Positions 30,101-45,877 are shown, counted from the stretch's first letter. The stretch: 64,000 bases of DNA from Daphnia carinata (GCF_022539665.2 NC_081331.1:2480001-2544000), one strand, 5' to 3'. Notes: generated by a model from the sequence alone, not told the origin. Numbers and translations are program-made.

Positions 30101-32129
30101 ATCAACCAACGGCCTAATTACCAAAAAAATTGTTTTTCTGTATCTCATTTAAAATGAGATCGAGAAAATAGGGCCATGAAAACGATTCTTTACACGGTAT
30201 TAATCTAACGATCCCCTGATGTAGCGCAGCTTTTAGAATCTTGCATCTTTTTTCCGCTTTAATTGCGAAAATAAAAAATGCAATGCATTCCAAATGAACG
30301 GATGAATTATTCGATACAAACAAATGCCAACGATCTATATAATATCACATAATACGTGCAATTTTCCTTCTCTTTTATCAGAAAATCCCCCTCTTATTGT
30401 TCCGAATTCATTGATCAAAGATGACGCAGCTGCACGCGGATTACGTGAGCGGTCGCCCGCCAATAACCACCCGGTCATTGACGTACCGACCATTTTACAT
30501 CACATCGTGTCCATTGAACAGATATTAGTTTAGGGAAGCGAGAAGGGTGCGAGACGACATGCTTCCGTGTTTGATTTACAATAGAACAACAATAGCCATT
30601 GTGAAGTGAATAATAAAACAAGTTGGCTGTTTGTTTCGTGAGAGCGTTAAAAAAAAGAAAGAATGACAAGACGACTTACCACAGAAAGGGATGCCGGCAG
30701 GTGTCCAAGTTCCGTTGGTGGAGCAGAGGCGTCGCGACGGACCGAGCAACTCGAAGCCCGGCTCGCATTCGTAAGTCGCTACCGTTCCGGGTCGTACAAA
30801 GTCCGGCGTGAAGGTCACCACGGCGTGAGAGGGGGATCCCGGGTAGCCGCAACTCGTTACTAGAAACACAATTACAAAGCAAGAACATTTGAAAAAAAAT
30901 ATATATTTAAGATTCACCGATGCCTACTTATTTTATTTTTAATTCGTAACGTTTCCTAAACACTAATTTTAGTACAACACGTTAACGTTTCGCTATTGTT
31001 GCATTTAACGACTGGAGCGAAGATGAAAAGGAACGTGAGCACACGGTACTTTTTCGTTGCACGGTTGAATTTCTACATGAATGTCGTCAGCACGTTGACA
31101 TTAGCGTAGTTTATTGTATCTGACGATCATGAAAGTGATCTTTTTCCTTGTGTTTTTCTTTTTCTAAAGATTTAACGCTTCAGGTTACTAAAGAACGGAA
31201 CATTGAGCTCCGAGCTACTGTCATTATTTCAGCCTGCCTCAGCATAGGCAGAAGGGGAGGCATCCAGGTGTGGTGGAGCACATCTTCGATGCGTGATGTG
31301 AAGCGATTCGATAGGAAATTCAACGTCAAGTTATTCTACTAGGTTAAACGCCCAAAGATATAATAGCCCGAGTGCCAACAATTTTGGTACTAGGCTTCTC
31401 GAAGGAGGAATAATGTGAGGTCGCTGCCCTGGACAGGTATGAAATTTGTGTAAACCTCCCTGGAGCTGTGGGGAAGAGGATAATCTGCACTGATTGTTGG
31501 CAACAACATGACCTCAAACAAATTCGTCAAATTTTAACGAGGCAGTTGCTTTTTTGTGACGTCAAATCTCTGCATCTAATCAGCAAAGATGGATGAAATG
31601 GGTTTCAGATCCCACGATTTCTACTACACAATTACAACGAAGGGATGAAGATCTCAAAACATTCTTTTTTTTTATATATCTTTGCCTAAAGCTTCTTTTT
31701 TTATCGCTGTTTACAGTATCAGCATATTGTGTTAAGCGGAGCAAGAGAAACTGAGAATTGAAGAAGAGTGAACAGCTAGACGGAACCGTTAGATTATACT
31801 GCCTCCAGAGAGATGGAACACTTTGGCTGGCGGCTGAAAAAGCGACGTTGAACGCCATTGTACCCATGAAAACGTCTTTTATATCTTCCTGTTCTATTAT
31901 TCTTGACAATCTAACAAAAGTTTCAACTCGTTAAGAGAATTCTTCAAAAGCGGAATCACGCTTCCCCACCTCAGCTAAACGATCTGCAATCTTTTCTCTA
32001 TTTCATTCTATACGTCACTCTTTTAGCACGTCGTTACTATAAAAATAAAAAATTTCAAATAGACTTACCAGAATGAATCAACACCAGAGTGGACAGGAAC
32101 AGGAAGAGGAAACTGCTCCGCGCCATCAT
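24173..32129 (-). CDS. Type I membrane protein: Sushi + F-type lectin + C-type lectin + 3 Sushi + mucin stalk + TM + His-rich tail (CG9095-like, furrowed family)
   Basis: Signal exon 32129-32069; CCP exon 30859-30680; FTP domain (NVAAGKAPMQSS..RAVDG..PWWYVNL..LSICE); CTLD (WLGL..ENCA..WSDTNC); three CCP exons; S/T-rich exon 26958-26278; TM exon 26213-26132; terminal exon 24572-24173. Four CCPs fits CG9095 better than furrowed, which has about 10. Confidence 0.85.
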
Positions 32130-33495
32130 TGAGTCCGCTTAATCTCCAAACGTTGGATGTTGTTGACACTATGTCGGGTTTCCAATTAAGGTAACTTAAA
32201 TCACGAATCGGCCGCAGCTAAGGGCCAATAGTAGACACTGAAACGAAGAATAACTGAACGTCGAGATGGAAGATTTGGAGTACTACTAGTCGATAGGACG
32301 ACTGGCGAAGGACTGTTGGTCAAATCGGCTCGAACACCACTACTTGGTAGCCAGAAAGCCGGAAGAAACCTGGACGGAGCGACCGGTGAGCAGAAGGTGG
32401 AGGAGGAGCGAAGGTATCAGTGGTTCGTTGGAGGCAGAGCTACAAGGACCGCCACGGGACCCATTCGGTCGACTGGGCACATTGTTCCTAAAGGAAACCA
32501 TAAATTCCAGCGGCGATTACTAGGAATATCTTCCCTTACGGATGTAAAACTGCAACGTTGCTTTGATGGATAGTATACAAGGGAAAACTACCGTTGCTCA
32601 TTCTTCTATCTGTTCACTCACCTGTGCTATTCTTTCCAGAAGCAGAGAAGGTGCAATGCACTTGATGCTCGCAGATGGTTACACAAACCTGGACTCCTCA
32701 TTCCTCCCCTCCCCCCCCCCTTTTTTTTTGCTCACGCCGTCACCACGTTCGGGAGAAAGAAGCTAAAGAATACATGACTCCTCGTTTGAATCGAAAGGCT
32801 CGGTGCGAGAAAGTACACGTGCCGTCACAGGCACCAAGTTTTTCGGACAGGTGCTAAGCGATGGGAAAAGTTTTTTTTTCTTTTTCTAAAAAAAAAAAAA
32901 AACGAGACAAGCTTATTACATTCCCTTTTCATGAAAAAACTACAAAATTTGAAAAAAACATTCGAAAAGGAGAAATCAAAATGTTTAGTTTACCAGTTAT
33001 TGAACTTTTGACTGGCCTTTGCTGTCCGTTTCACCTAAGCAATTACAGAGATTGGATAAGTGGCTGTAGTTTGTAAATAATTTGCATACCATTTACCCAC
33101 TGAAACTGTTCTATCATTCTTCACCTCGAGACTTTTCTGAACCGGATTTCTATCCTACTGAACTGAATGGCTAACGTTCAAAGGAGAAATTACATCTCCT
33201 TATCACGCGAAACGTCTTACGACATGCCAGGCATCCGGCCATTTAGCTGGAAGGAAGACTGCGCATTCGGGCAAAACGGGGCGCTTGAAACCCGTACTAG
33301 CGTGCTATGCTGAATAATATGTTATGGTTATTGAGAAATCCGCGCCCACCTCCAGATGCTAGGGTTTAAAAAAGAAAAAACGGGATCCGTAAAATGATTG
33401 TGCAGAACAGCATCGGAAAAAAATCTTACAGAGTAACAGTAAATAATACTCAGTTAATGTATTTCCTCTTCCCACTTTCCTCCATGTTTTTTTTA

Positions 33496-35487
33496 TTAAA
33501 TCGCTAAATTGGTTGTTGGTTTATGGCGGTACCACAAGACCGGCCGTTGCCACTCCGATTGACCCAGATGTTCTTGTAGTTCCATGTCCATTCCATTGCA
33601 AAAGACTTCTTTGATGTGGGCGACCACATTTTCGCGGTGAACTAGCAAACCGAATGAAGGAAAAGGTGGAAGATTGGCTCGTCGACGCCGTCGAGTAGCA
33701 TTACGGTAGCATTTCCAAGGCTGGGGCTCGATGACAACGTTGTCTGCCCATGCAGCGAGACTGGCCAGCAAAGATTCTAATCCGGCATCACCGTGATTCA
33801 GGTGGACCCACATGGTAGTCGAAAAGCAGAAAGCGATATCAAAACGTTTCCGTCCAGATTGATGAGTTTCTAGGTAGCGACTTAACAGTTGGTTGCGTTC
33901 TTCAGCTTTCGCCACGAAATCCAAGGTATGGAATTGCAACTTAGATTCCAGTTCGTTTGATATCGCTTCGTTGGCTCTTTCTACCAGCTGTGCGTCCAAA
34001 TCGACACCCATCATGCGTACAGCAGACCGGCCAGATGACAGCATCTCATACAAGCCTTTTGTCAGGTCCTATCAAACAAAGAAAAAACATGTCGTCATTA
34101 TGCAAACATTTCTTGTAAAATGTCGACGTCGTTAGCACCACAATCATTTTTCCATCTGTTTTCCGTTGCAATGACCCCCTGGAGTATGCGGAATTGGAAA
34201 ACGCAACGGTAAAGCAACAGGCGTCTTAAGTTTACTACTAGCGCGTCTTAATGTTTGCTCGATTGAATCGCAATCTCCTACAAAATGCGTAACCCAAACT
34301 GCGACGGGGAAAAAAGTACGGCATTCGACAATTCCCTCCCCCTTAGTTTTTTTTTTCCTGAGTAACAGGGCACCGAACGCTGTACATTTGGGGTTGATAA
34401 TCCGCTGATGATGGGTTACCAAGAGAATAATCGTTAAATACAGAAGATGGTGTGGAAAGCCAGCTCTTGCAGCTGTTGACTTGTTAGGCAACCATCCGAA
34501 CGATACGTTTGCACTTGACCATCCGGAACCAGGTCCAGATCCCGCTTAGAGGATGGGCACACAAAAGGGGAGGAGTCATGTCTTTCGGATTGGTCTTTTA
34601 TTTTCTATTGTTATTTCGAAAAAAAGAATGTCGCCATTGTCTACAGCTAATATAAAACCTTTGGATATATTTATTCGGTGGTCAGTTCCAATTGATCGGC
34701 ATTCGCCTATCACGTCGACCACACGTTGCAATCATTGTTTTTTTTCCTGTAACAAGCAACCAACTGTGTCAACAGTTGCTGGAAATACTATGACCCGGCG
34801 TTTCATGACAAATTCCAATTGAAACAATTCGAATGCAAATAAAGCAGTTTTCTAAAAGTACAGGTTGAAAAGAAGGAAAAATCCTTTTTACTTCCAAAGC
34901 CGTAAATTAAACGAATTTCAGGCAATCAAGACTTGGCTAAATAAAAGCAATGTCTTACTGCAATACGAGAAATCAGTTTTCTATCGACATCCTGCAGTAA
35001 CAAACTAATTGAAGAAAATAACTGTAAAAATTAAGCTTCTTCCTGTCATTAGGGCCCTATTACTATTACTGATAAAACAAAGAGATAAGAATATGGTTGC
35101 AATGTAAGAATTTGTGAACACACTTCTGATTATAACGGATCGGCTAAACAGCACTAGTCGGAAATCCAGTGAAAGTCTGGAAACTAATCTCTTCGACAAA
35201 TCGAATACGAAAAAAACAATAACAACGAGGAAAACAGTAACTTGGAACTGTTTTACAGCGAATAGCCAGACATAAGAAAACTGTATAAGTTAACGTGAGA
35301 ATCTTACCCCAGTATTGCAGCCCACGTCTAGGCATAGTAGAGGCTGATGAGATGAGAAATATTCACAGAAATTCCCCTCGAATACCGCCAAACGATTCTC
35401 GGGTGGATTAAACTTATAATAAGTGATAAAGTTCCCAAATTGGGCAGCACCTGGTTCGAACTCGTCGTTTTTCTTTTCTGGTTCCAT
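33496..35487 (-). CDS. BCDIN3D: RNA 5'-monophosphate methyltransferase, Bin3 family (BCDIN3D-like), 2 exons
   Basis: Exon 35487-35308 (PGAAQFGNFITYYKFNPPENR, LDVGCNTG) joins exon 34068-33496 (GVDLD, CFSTTMWVHLNHGDAGL, EPQPWKCY). Confidence 0.9.
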
Positions 35488-35623
35488 GTGTCTATTGCTT
35501 CTGTCACCATCTGCTGACAACAACTGCCGACTTTTGACAGTTGTAGTACTGCAATGCGGATTTCTTGAGTTCGTCTGCTTGATTTCGGTGTGGTGGCGTT
35601 TCGTCAAACACCGGACAATTTAA

Positions 35624-37163
<1,540 letters not shown>

Positions 37164-37703
37164 AAGGCCATGAACGGTACAATGCATTTTTACCTGAATT
37201 CCCTTTCAATGTCTAAATTTCATTAATCTTAAATCTTCCATTTAAACTAAGTGTCTTCGTACAAACTTTAATGTTTTGTTTGGCCAATAATTAGTTGACA
37301 TAGACTGGTGCCTACTACTCTAGTCGGTATTGTGCTTCTCGTTGTGTCCTTATACTTTCCACATTTGGAAATCAGCCATCGAAATCATTTCGATATGAAA
37401 TACTTTTCAGTGTTCAGTATAACTGTATGTCTTTTTATACTGTATGTTTCATACAGGTTACAAAAATAAACTTATGGACGTTGCATCTAAACGGACGGGT
37501 AGATCATGTACGTTAAATCGAAAACAACGATGTTAATAGGAACCATATTTACTTTTGTAACCTTTTTTCCTTTGTACATTCACGGATAAACAATGCACAC
37601 TTCTTTCGTCTTTGAATCACACGTCACGTTAATTAGTCAAAATACGCGTCTGATTCTACCAATCGCTTATCGTCGAAATTCTGTACAGTGCAAGGGTAAG
37701 AAC

Positions 37704-40506
37704 TTATGTTACTAAACCCTTTGGCGTTTGCGGTCTCGAAAAATTTAATTTTGGTCGAAACGTTTCGGAATAAATTACGGGCAGATCTGGCGGAGATTTT
37801 ACGAATAAAGGAACTTTTCCCACTAACTTGAATAAGTAATGAAACGGATGACGGCTAAAGTAATCACGTAAAGAGATGGAAGCAAAGATGATGCGAAGAG
37901 ATGAGACCCAGAAGAAGTTGATTGCTTTGCATTTGCCCGTCGGCGAAGCTTATTTGTCTCTAGTGGCTGAGACTGGAATAGGCACTGTGATTCGCTTAGG
38001 CTTACCTAATAAATGAATGTTTACATAAGCTACATATGTATTACAATATACAAAGCTGTGAATTACCATGCTATCAATCAGGGCCTGACATGTCTTCAGT
38101 AAGAACCGGACATCGGCAAATTTTGAATCGTCATTTGCGGAAGACGAATCGCCTGTGGCAAAAGTATTTTTTATTAGAAAACGTTTTCTTTCGTAATTTT
38201 TGTATACTAGTATTACATTCTTGGTGATAGCATTCTTGCATAACCCCACGGTAAGGAGCTAAAAAAACAAATAAAAGTATTTATGAAGTGTCATGTTCAA
38301 AGATATTTAATTTAACGTTATCAGCACACGATACAGTTTTACTGGATGTGCTAAAGTGGAATTTTCTTGTTCGTTAAGCATACCTGTGTCTGTGATGAGA
38401 ACTGCTGGGAAAGATTGCGGGTAATCCTCGATATTGTGGTACCAAAATCGACTGAGACATTCAATGTTGAGGTTTAAATTAATGTATAAATTATTAAGAC
38501 AGAAATGCAATCATAAAATATTACCTATGGTCGCTCCGCAACAGATCAATCCAAGCAGTCAAACGTTCCAATTGGTCGCCGACCTCGGCGTCCAAATCCA
38601 TACGCACTTTCTTCAGCCGATACTTGCTACTACCTGATTTCACCGTCTCAACAGCTTTATCTGCAATCAGAATGTTTAAAATATGAAATCACCGTCTAAA
38701 TAAATCAATTAGCATTAATAATAAAGAAATAACAAACCTGCTGTTTTCATGATGGTTATTTCTCTATTGTCAATGCGAAACGTCCTTGGGTTTCGGTCAA
38801 CAGTATTATCTTTCTGAGATTTTTTCTTGTTTGGTGGTTTCCCATCGTTTTTCCAGTTATAAGCTAAAGTATCAGCCAGTGTGGCATCTACATTTTTTCT
38901 ATAAAGCATTGCCAAAAAGTCTCCTGTACTGTTTTCTGCCTGTCATTTTAAGAAAAGCCTTTAAAATAAACTTTCTTTTGTTAATTATAGCACTTTGCAA
39001 ACGTCAGTGGGAGGTACCTGTATATCTTCCCAGAATAACGGTAGGGCCGTTTGCCATTCAGGCGAAAGAGTTTGAGAAAATTGCGTTTCGTTATAATTCA
39101 TGATCGTATCAAGGACATACGCTCCCTTCAATTTGGCGCCGTGTGGATGCAGGATTTGTCGAATGAGAAAATCGCGCACGAAGAAAATACTTCCCAAGCA
39201 ACCGACCTCTTCCAAATCAAATGCTACAAAGATAATGCTATGCTTGGGGCGACAACCTCCTTCCGTCATGGCTCTTGCAACCTAATAATATTAGCGTGTT
39301 ACTCATCGTTAAAAAAAAAAGCGCATTCAGCAAGTACAGAAGGAACATCACCTCCAGGACAGCAGTGACCCCACTACCGTTATCATCCATTCCGCCTGAG
39401 AAAGGTACCGTATCCCAGTGTGCTCCAATCACCAACACTTCATCTTCTTTAGTACCCCAAAGCTCTCCAGGTAAAATGCCGATCACATTAGTCCCAGTTG
39501 GAACGTCTTCTTCACTGCCTTCCGGAAACTATGCAACGGAATGGCCAAAAGAAAGTATGTCACACGAAGAAAGTGGTTGATAGCGCTTTTGTCCATAGAA
39601 AGCTTAATCCGTACCAATGCAGCGAATTCTATGGGGTGGAATATTTGATTGCCTGTGACAAGTCCAAAAGAGCGCATCTTATGCGTGAGATACTGCACGA
39701 CGTTGGCTCGTATTGTCTCATTATTGAGAAAATTGCGCGCTGTACTGAATACGGTTGTAATCATGGTGGTAATATGCTCCTCATCTGCATTCAAAAGGTT
39801 CATTTCGTTGCGTGCCGAGCGCAAACGACGCCGCTGCCTTTGGTCCTCGTCAAGTGAATCGACATCTTCAAAATGATATTCTTCATCGTGGAAAAACAGC
39901 CTGCTATCATTTGATAGTTGAATAAAGCTTGACACTGTTGAGTTGATTATCGTTGACGCAGTTGGAATTTCAGTTGTGTTTTGGTCATCCGTAAAGTACG
40001 CAGGAAGTATTGCGCTATTGTTATCAGTAGTCGTTACTACTTGGATGTTGCGTAATTCTCGCGGTCTTGCCACTTCCACTGTTGTTGATCCATCTGCAAT
40101 AAGGCAAAATGTTTGACTATTTTGTTGTAAAGGATGGAATTAGAAATATCTTACTAAATAGCCCTGGGAAGATAAGTATTTGCTCGCCCTGTTGGGGAAT
40201 TCTGCCCATGCTAAAGAACATCCTGGTCCATTGTTCCATGAGTTTCCGGTCATTTTCTTTCTCTTCTTCACTCGTTTGCTGAGTTGTATTGCTAACATCA
40301 ATTTCTGTCTCCAGAGGCATGTCTAAAGAAGCATGACCAATCACGTTTTTTTCCTGGTGGCAATGGCTCACTAGACAAGCAAAATATAGAAAAACTTAGA
40401 TTTGTTGAATTTCTTTAGAGAAAGTGAAACGATGACTTTGCTATCTCGTAATTTTTTATTACTCACCCACGACTAGGCTCACGAGCAGAACTATAACGAT
40501 TTTCAT
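37704..40506 (-). CDS. Secreted M28-family zinc metallopeptidase with long low-complexity N-terminal region
   Basis: Signal peptide MKIVIVLLVSLVV; ligand motifs IGAHWDT, GMDDNGSG, AFDLEEVG, LDTI, RSDH and YH. Multi-exon frame closes at TAA 37704. Confidence 0.85.
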
Positions 40507-41568
40507 AGTTCCGTTTTGTTTCACTCTGACAAAATGTGGTTGGGTTGCGTTGCTGTCCAACGCAAAGTAGACCCCCTAAGGAACAATGTCACATTGTAAT
40601 TATTAACTTTACAAAATGGTATCAGTGCGCGAGCTTAAGGCAACATGCACTAAACAATTCAAAATATGAGCGGCAAAATTTATTCCAAGATGATAAAGCA
40701 GAGCTTTGCACGAATGAACAATTTGGTCCCAATACATAAAAAAAACAATCGTGAGGATAAACGAGCAATGGGGAAATTTAGGTCATCGTATCCTATTGGG
40801 AGAACTCGCTCTCATCCTGACTTGCATAACAAAAATGAATCAAAAATATGTTTTTTTGTGTGTCTACGTTGCTAATACGATCATAAATATCTTTTTGGAC
40901 TGTTACACAAGTAGAACGTAATTTCCTCCCCCTTTTAATAACAGACATTTTCTTAAAAGTTTGTTTCAATTTCGTCCTGATCGTCATTGGCAATGTCCTC
41001 TAAACAGTTCTGAACGGTAGGAGGTTCCGCTCTGTTGGCGGAAAAGACGTAATGATGCAAAAAAAACAAACAAACATCATCTCATACATACTTGATGCGG
41101 TTGAAATTTTACCGGGAGTTCGTTTGTATTCATCGTTTTTCGTTCCTACTGTTTGACTATTTCAACTTGGATCTAGCACAATAACACCGTCTGCACCTTT
41201 GATTCAGAAGTGAAATCGATGGGCGGACTTAATTATTCATTCGTGAAAGCGTGACAGTTTTTTTTGCTAGTCCTCTAGATGAAAACGTTTCGCTCGAGCA
41301 GACATTATCGATGGAGAAAATGAAGCATAACAAAAGCATGGGTGTAAAGCTAGTGTTCTTTTGTTCTCGGTGTGAATGACACAGTGGGAAAAAATGAAAG
41401 GTGAAATTTTCTGCTTTATGACTAGCGTCAAGTAGAAATTAGAGTGTATAGGCAACTTACTAGGATGACGATATCCTTGCGTAAATTATGATGACACTGC
41501 ACGTATTCGTCTGCCTTGCATGTATCACGCAATACGCAATTACTCTGATTGTCTTAAAACCTACTTAC

Positions 41569-41739
41569 GGAACACTGTGCTGGAAATTGCTAGTAAAGGT
41601 CGTCTTTGAGAATTTCGTCTTCGACTGTGTTCTGACAACACAATCGGAGAGTATAAATGAAAGAGAAAGGAGCAGTAGTGGACGTCTTGAAATTCAAACG
41701 TGGACTGTGATCCAGTGAGCTCTACCTGTCCTCTTTATA
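41569..41739 (-). promoter_or_regulatory. TATA box plus non-coding first exon, probably of the M28 peptidase gene
   Basis: Minus-strand TATAAA at 41739-41734, Inr-like CACAGT about 30 nt downstream, and a strong GTAAGT donor at 41568. Confidence 0.55.
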
Positions 41740-42712
41740 GACGGGGGCCTAAGCCCTCCCCATAAGGGCACGCAGCTTTCAGAACGACGAGACCGTGTAG
41801 TCACAACTTTCTCCATTTACAAACATCCGTCTCTCGGCAATTTGAAATGAAAAAAAAAAAAATAACGTACACCTGCCTCAGACAAAAATGGGATATATCT
41901 CTTATTGGGTTTCACGTTCAGTTGGCGCTATCGATTTTCCCGTGAATAAACAACTGGATTGAAGGTCTAGTCGGGACTGAAGAACTCCGCAAATATCGAT
42001 CTATCAGTTGTCAGCGAAATGGGAAGTAATTACTAAATTGTCCAGAAGGATGAGCTTACGCACACGAACGAACGATTGTAAACATATGATTTCGGTTTTT
42101 TTCTCAACATGATAGAGGCACGTATTGAAGCGATGGGGAAAGCACAACAAACAAATGAGTCAATGCAAACACACTTCATTGTCAGTACTCGGGTCGGTGT
42201 AGCGTTAAGAGTTAAAAAAAAAAAAAAACCCGGCGTTGGGGAGAAAGTGATGTGCGGAAAGACTACTTTCATTAAAAACCCATACGAAATATCCGTGAAA
42301 GAAAAGAAGTACATTTTCTACTCGTTCAAGTGAAATGCATTTCTTTTCTCTTGGAAAGTAAAAGAAACAATGATAAGAACATCTGGTTCGGGTGAGAAAA
42401 ACTAAAATGCATGTAGTGATTAGGAGCGTCAACCAAATAAACTGTCGGTTTCTATCGTGACGAACGGCTGCTCTCAATGCGGGATGAATCGAAAAAAGGC
42501 GGAAGTGAAAAGGCAAAAGTTTCCCACCCACCCGACCCCTATCGGGAAAACACACAGATGCGCCTACAGCTTTAGCGAGCGTTCATCTGAAGTGGGTCAT
42601 CGCCATAGGCCGTTTTCAACTTGGAGGATCGGGCTCTTGCGTTCCAGCAGAACTGATACCTGCCAGAGGTAGACGAGTACGGGTTGTGGTAGTCTAATGA
42701 GCGAGTGAAAGA

Positions 42713-44089
42713 ATGATGACGAAGAAATGGATGGTATTTCTTACCATTCTAGTGTCTTTGGTTCTTGGATGGCATTACTATTCGTGCAGTGGGAGTTGTG
42801 TTTTCGGTCTTTCCCATCATTCAGACAAACCACCAAATGTAAAAGAGGTATTGTTTTTTTTCCGAGTGCCCAAAACTGGTAGCGAGATGACAGTTTTGCT
42901 ATTACAATGGCTACAAGGCGTCAATAGCTTCCACCACATACGGTTGCAAAATACCGTGAACCGACGCCTCGATACGTTTGAGCAGGTAGAGCGTTACATT
43001 TGTACAAAAATTTACGACCACGAACTAGTCGAGTTGCTTGAGTGACTTCTTAACAGTATCTCAATAGTTCCCGAAAGAAATTACTTATCTATTTCCATCG
43101 CAAATTTTAGGTGAATTTACGAGAAGAAATTTTGGGCGTCTTAAGTGCTAGTGAGGGGTTACCTGTAGCTTTCGATCGCCATGTGTATTTTACTGACTTG
43201 GAGCGTCTGCTCTATCAAAGGACATCCGCAGCAATGAAGGTAAACTATTTCAGCAGCCTACGTGACCCTGTCGACCGCATCGTGTCCCAATTTTACTACC
43301 GACGAGCTACTCCAAGACCGAATATCAAACTCCCTCCTCACGTATCGACTCGAATACCCACATCATGTAGGTTACCGCTAACCCATATATCCTAATCTCC
43401 CAATAACGTTCTTGGATTTGACTTGATCGATGACCGACTTGAACCCACTGGAAACTATGTTTTAAATAATTGCTCGTCAACACGCAGATAAATTTCAAAC
43501 AATGGAGGAGTGTTTAGAAGCAGCCGAACCAGAGTGCTCGTTCGTGACGGGTCAACACTACGACCTGCAAATTCCTTATTTTTGCGGTCACGATGAACAC
43601 TGCACGTAAGTCTAAACTTATCCATTAAAAGATAGATTTTAAAATTCATACCTTCTATCCATCATGGAACGGAAATTCCTGGCTGAAAATTTAGGCAGCT
43701 GAATAATGCACGGGCGCTGGAACAGGCCAAGACTAACGTGGAACTCCACTTTCGCGTCGTCGGTGTTCTCGAGCAACTAAACTGCACCCTCCATGTGGCT
43801 GAGCAAAGGATAGCAACTTTCTTTGGCGGCGTCCAAAAGTTGTATTTCAAAGAACTTCTGGGTAAGGCAAATAAACGAAGGAAAAACTGCACTTTTTTGT
43901 TGTTTTAGATAATAACACTTACGTTTTTTTCTAGAACCACGGAAAAACAAGAATCAGGGGCGGCCAAAGCAACTCCGGGAGGACTTACAAATGGTTCTGC
44001 GAAAAAACTTGACAATGGAATACATGTTTTATTCTTTTGTGAAACGGAGGCTTCTTGAGCAATGCGGAGAAAACCAAACGAAAAACTAA
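42713..44089 (+). CDS. Pipe/heparan sulfate 2-O-sulfotransferase-like Golgi sulfotransferase, 5 exons
   Basis: Type II anchor; 5'-PSB motif FFRVPKTGS; 3'-PB motif LRDPVDRIVSQFYY; IPYFCGHDEHC; ALEQAKTNVE..FRVVGVLE; EYMFYSFVKRRL. Confidence 0.85.
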
Positions 44090-44242
44090 ACAAATGAACG
44101 AGCAATCCGAACGAACGAAAAAAAAAAGAAAAATTCTAATCTAGTCATTATGCATTTATCGTCCAAGTTGATCATGCACTTTTTAACGAGATCTCGAGTA
44201 CACTTAAATATCGTTCCAAACCGTGTTTTATTTTTTCCCAAA

Positions 44243-45877
44243 TCACGGAGCTTTGGGACTAGCAAGTTTTTTATTTTTTGCTGCTTCAATGAACTTTTCC
44301 ACCAAAGATTGGACACAAAATGGGTCTTTCTTTTTACTACTTCTTTTAGATTCGGCTGGTTTTGCAGTGGCGGCTTTGGGGGGCTTACTAGTTTTACTAG
44401 GACGAAGAGTACTAGCGGTGGCTTTAACAGCTTTTGCAGAAGATTGAGGTTTGGGTGTTACTGATGGGACAGGGGTGGCCGGATGTATAGTGAAAACATG
44501 GTTTCCTTCATCGTTTACTTCAACAGCGATGGCTGGTTGGGGGACTAGTGGTTGTGGGATGGGAGTTGAAGGGGATATGCCTTCACTTGAACTTGAGGCG
44601 CTACGACTGACTCGGGTTTTCGCTACTGCAGGCGTTCGAGGTTTCTTCGCACGCACGGACGATTTTTTAACAGGGAGTTCGATATTTCGCCATGCAGCTA
44701 TGGATTCAGGTGTCGAATTTGATGTTTTTGTCTGTTTAGTCCGAGATTCGTTTGAACTAATGTCTTCCACTACTCTCTTAGTTGGCTGACGGACTGGTGT
44801 TGAAGTTTCCGGCAATTGTAGGGCTATCGGTTCTGCAGAAAAAGTGGCTTGTTGAACATCGATAAACTCAGTAGTCATAGATGCTGTTTCTTCCGTCACG
44901 GGAGAGTTGTATGAAGGTGTTGGGGCTTCTGTTACTTCATCCAAAAAAGAACACAATGACTCAATATACGAGTCATTGCTTTCTGATGGCTGACTTCCTA
45001 CAGCATCCAATATGTCAGACAGAGTAGGGCTAGGACTAGGGGGCAGTTCAGAAGCAGGTGTTAATTTTGCAGACTTGTCCATCACCCTCTCAACTTCTCT
45101 GTCATTGAAACTAATGATGGAAGATGCTGGGCTTGATTGAGATGATGAGATTGGGGTCATCCAATCAAAAACATTATTTTGCTTTGGAGCCATGGCTTTA
45201 GGTTGGTAAACTGTATATTGACTTGATGGCCAGATGAAAGGTTTGCTGCTGATGGATGGAGGTGGGGTGGCAACATTGCTTGAAACACTGCTCATGGTAC
45301 TTGCATGTGATGTCCAGGATGAAACTAAAATAGATTAAGCATATTATATTATGGTGAGACTATTTCAGCATTTAAGATTCTATTTCGTTTAACTAAATGT
45401 CTTGAAGCTTTATTACAACTATTTAGTAAGCTTATTTAAGTCTAACCTGAGCATGTTGACGTCATGGACTCTGTATCCATGCTTCTTGTTTTGAATTTCG
45501 AGTTTGCAGCTGGTTCGGGAACTGCAGCATGTGATACAACTAACGGGCACACATCCTGAGAAAACAATGGAAATGGGCACTGGAAAACAGATAAACTTTA
45601 GTAAAAATACACATATAACCCAAAATAAGAAAACTAACAGAAGCATTTTCACAAAAAACAGCAGCTTGCTCCAGATTTATTTGGTAGAGCTTCACTGACG
45701 AACGAATTCCACCGGCAGCACACGAGGGACACTCAGCCGGCGGTGAGCCAACCTACAATACATTCACAATCGTTATTGAAAATGTTACCAAATCGAATGC
45801 AGTACAAATAGTGATTGGAAAATCATTGAGCAAAGAAAAAGAAATACAGATAAAAATTGACACACATTTCCCGCCAT
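44243..45877 (-). CDS. USPL1-like protein: N-terminal Cys4 motif plus S/P/T/K-rich disordered region, no protease domain (about 446 aa)
   Basis: Exons 45877-45866 (tentative start), 45752-45639, 45579-45447 and 45324-44243 join in frame, giving CPSCAAGGIRSSVKLYQINLEQAAVFCENASCPFPL. This aligns without gaps to the recalled human USPL1 N-terminal motif CPAC..G..KTYRI..LCEDLQCIYPL. Confidence 0.7.

Noticed and set aside
31150..31920. Higher-complexity intronic block with faint piggyBac-transposase-like wording (ELRA...WWST)
   Set aside because: No catalytic DDD motifs, TIRs or TTAA TSD recognisable; a BLASTX or Dfam search would be needed.
40180..40190. Apparent GC-AG intron in the M28 gene
   Set aside because: An in-phase GT donor at 40154 gives a normal 61-nt GT-AG intron.
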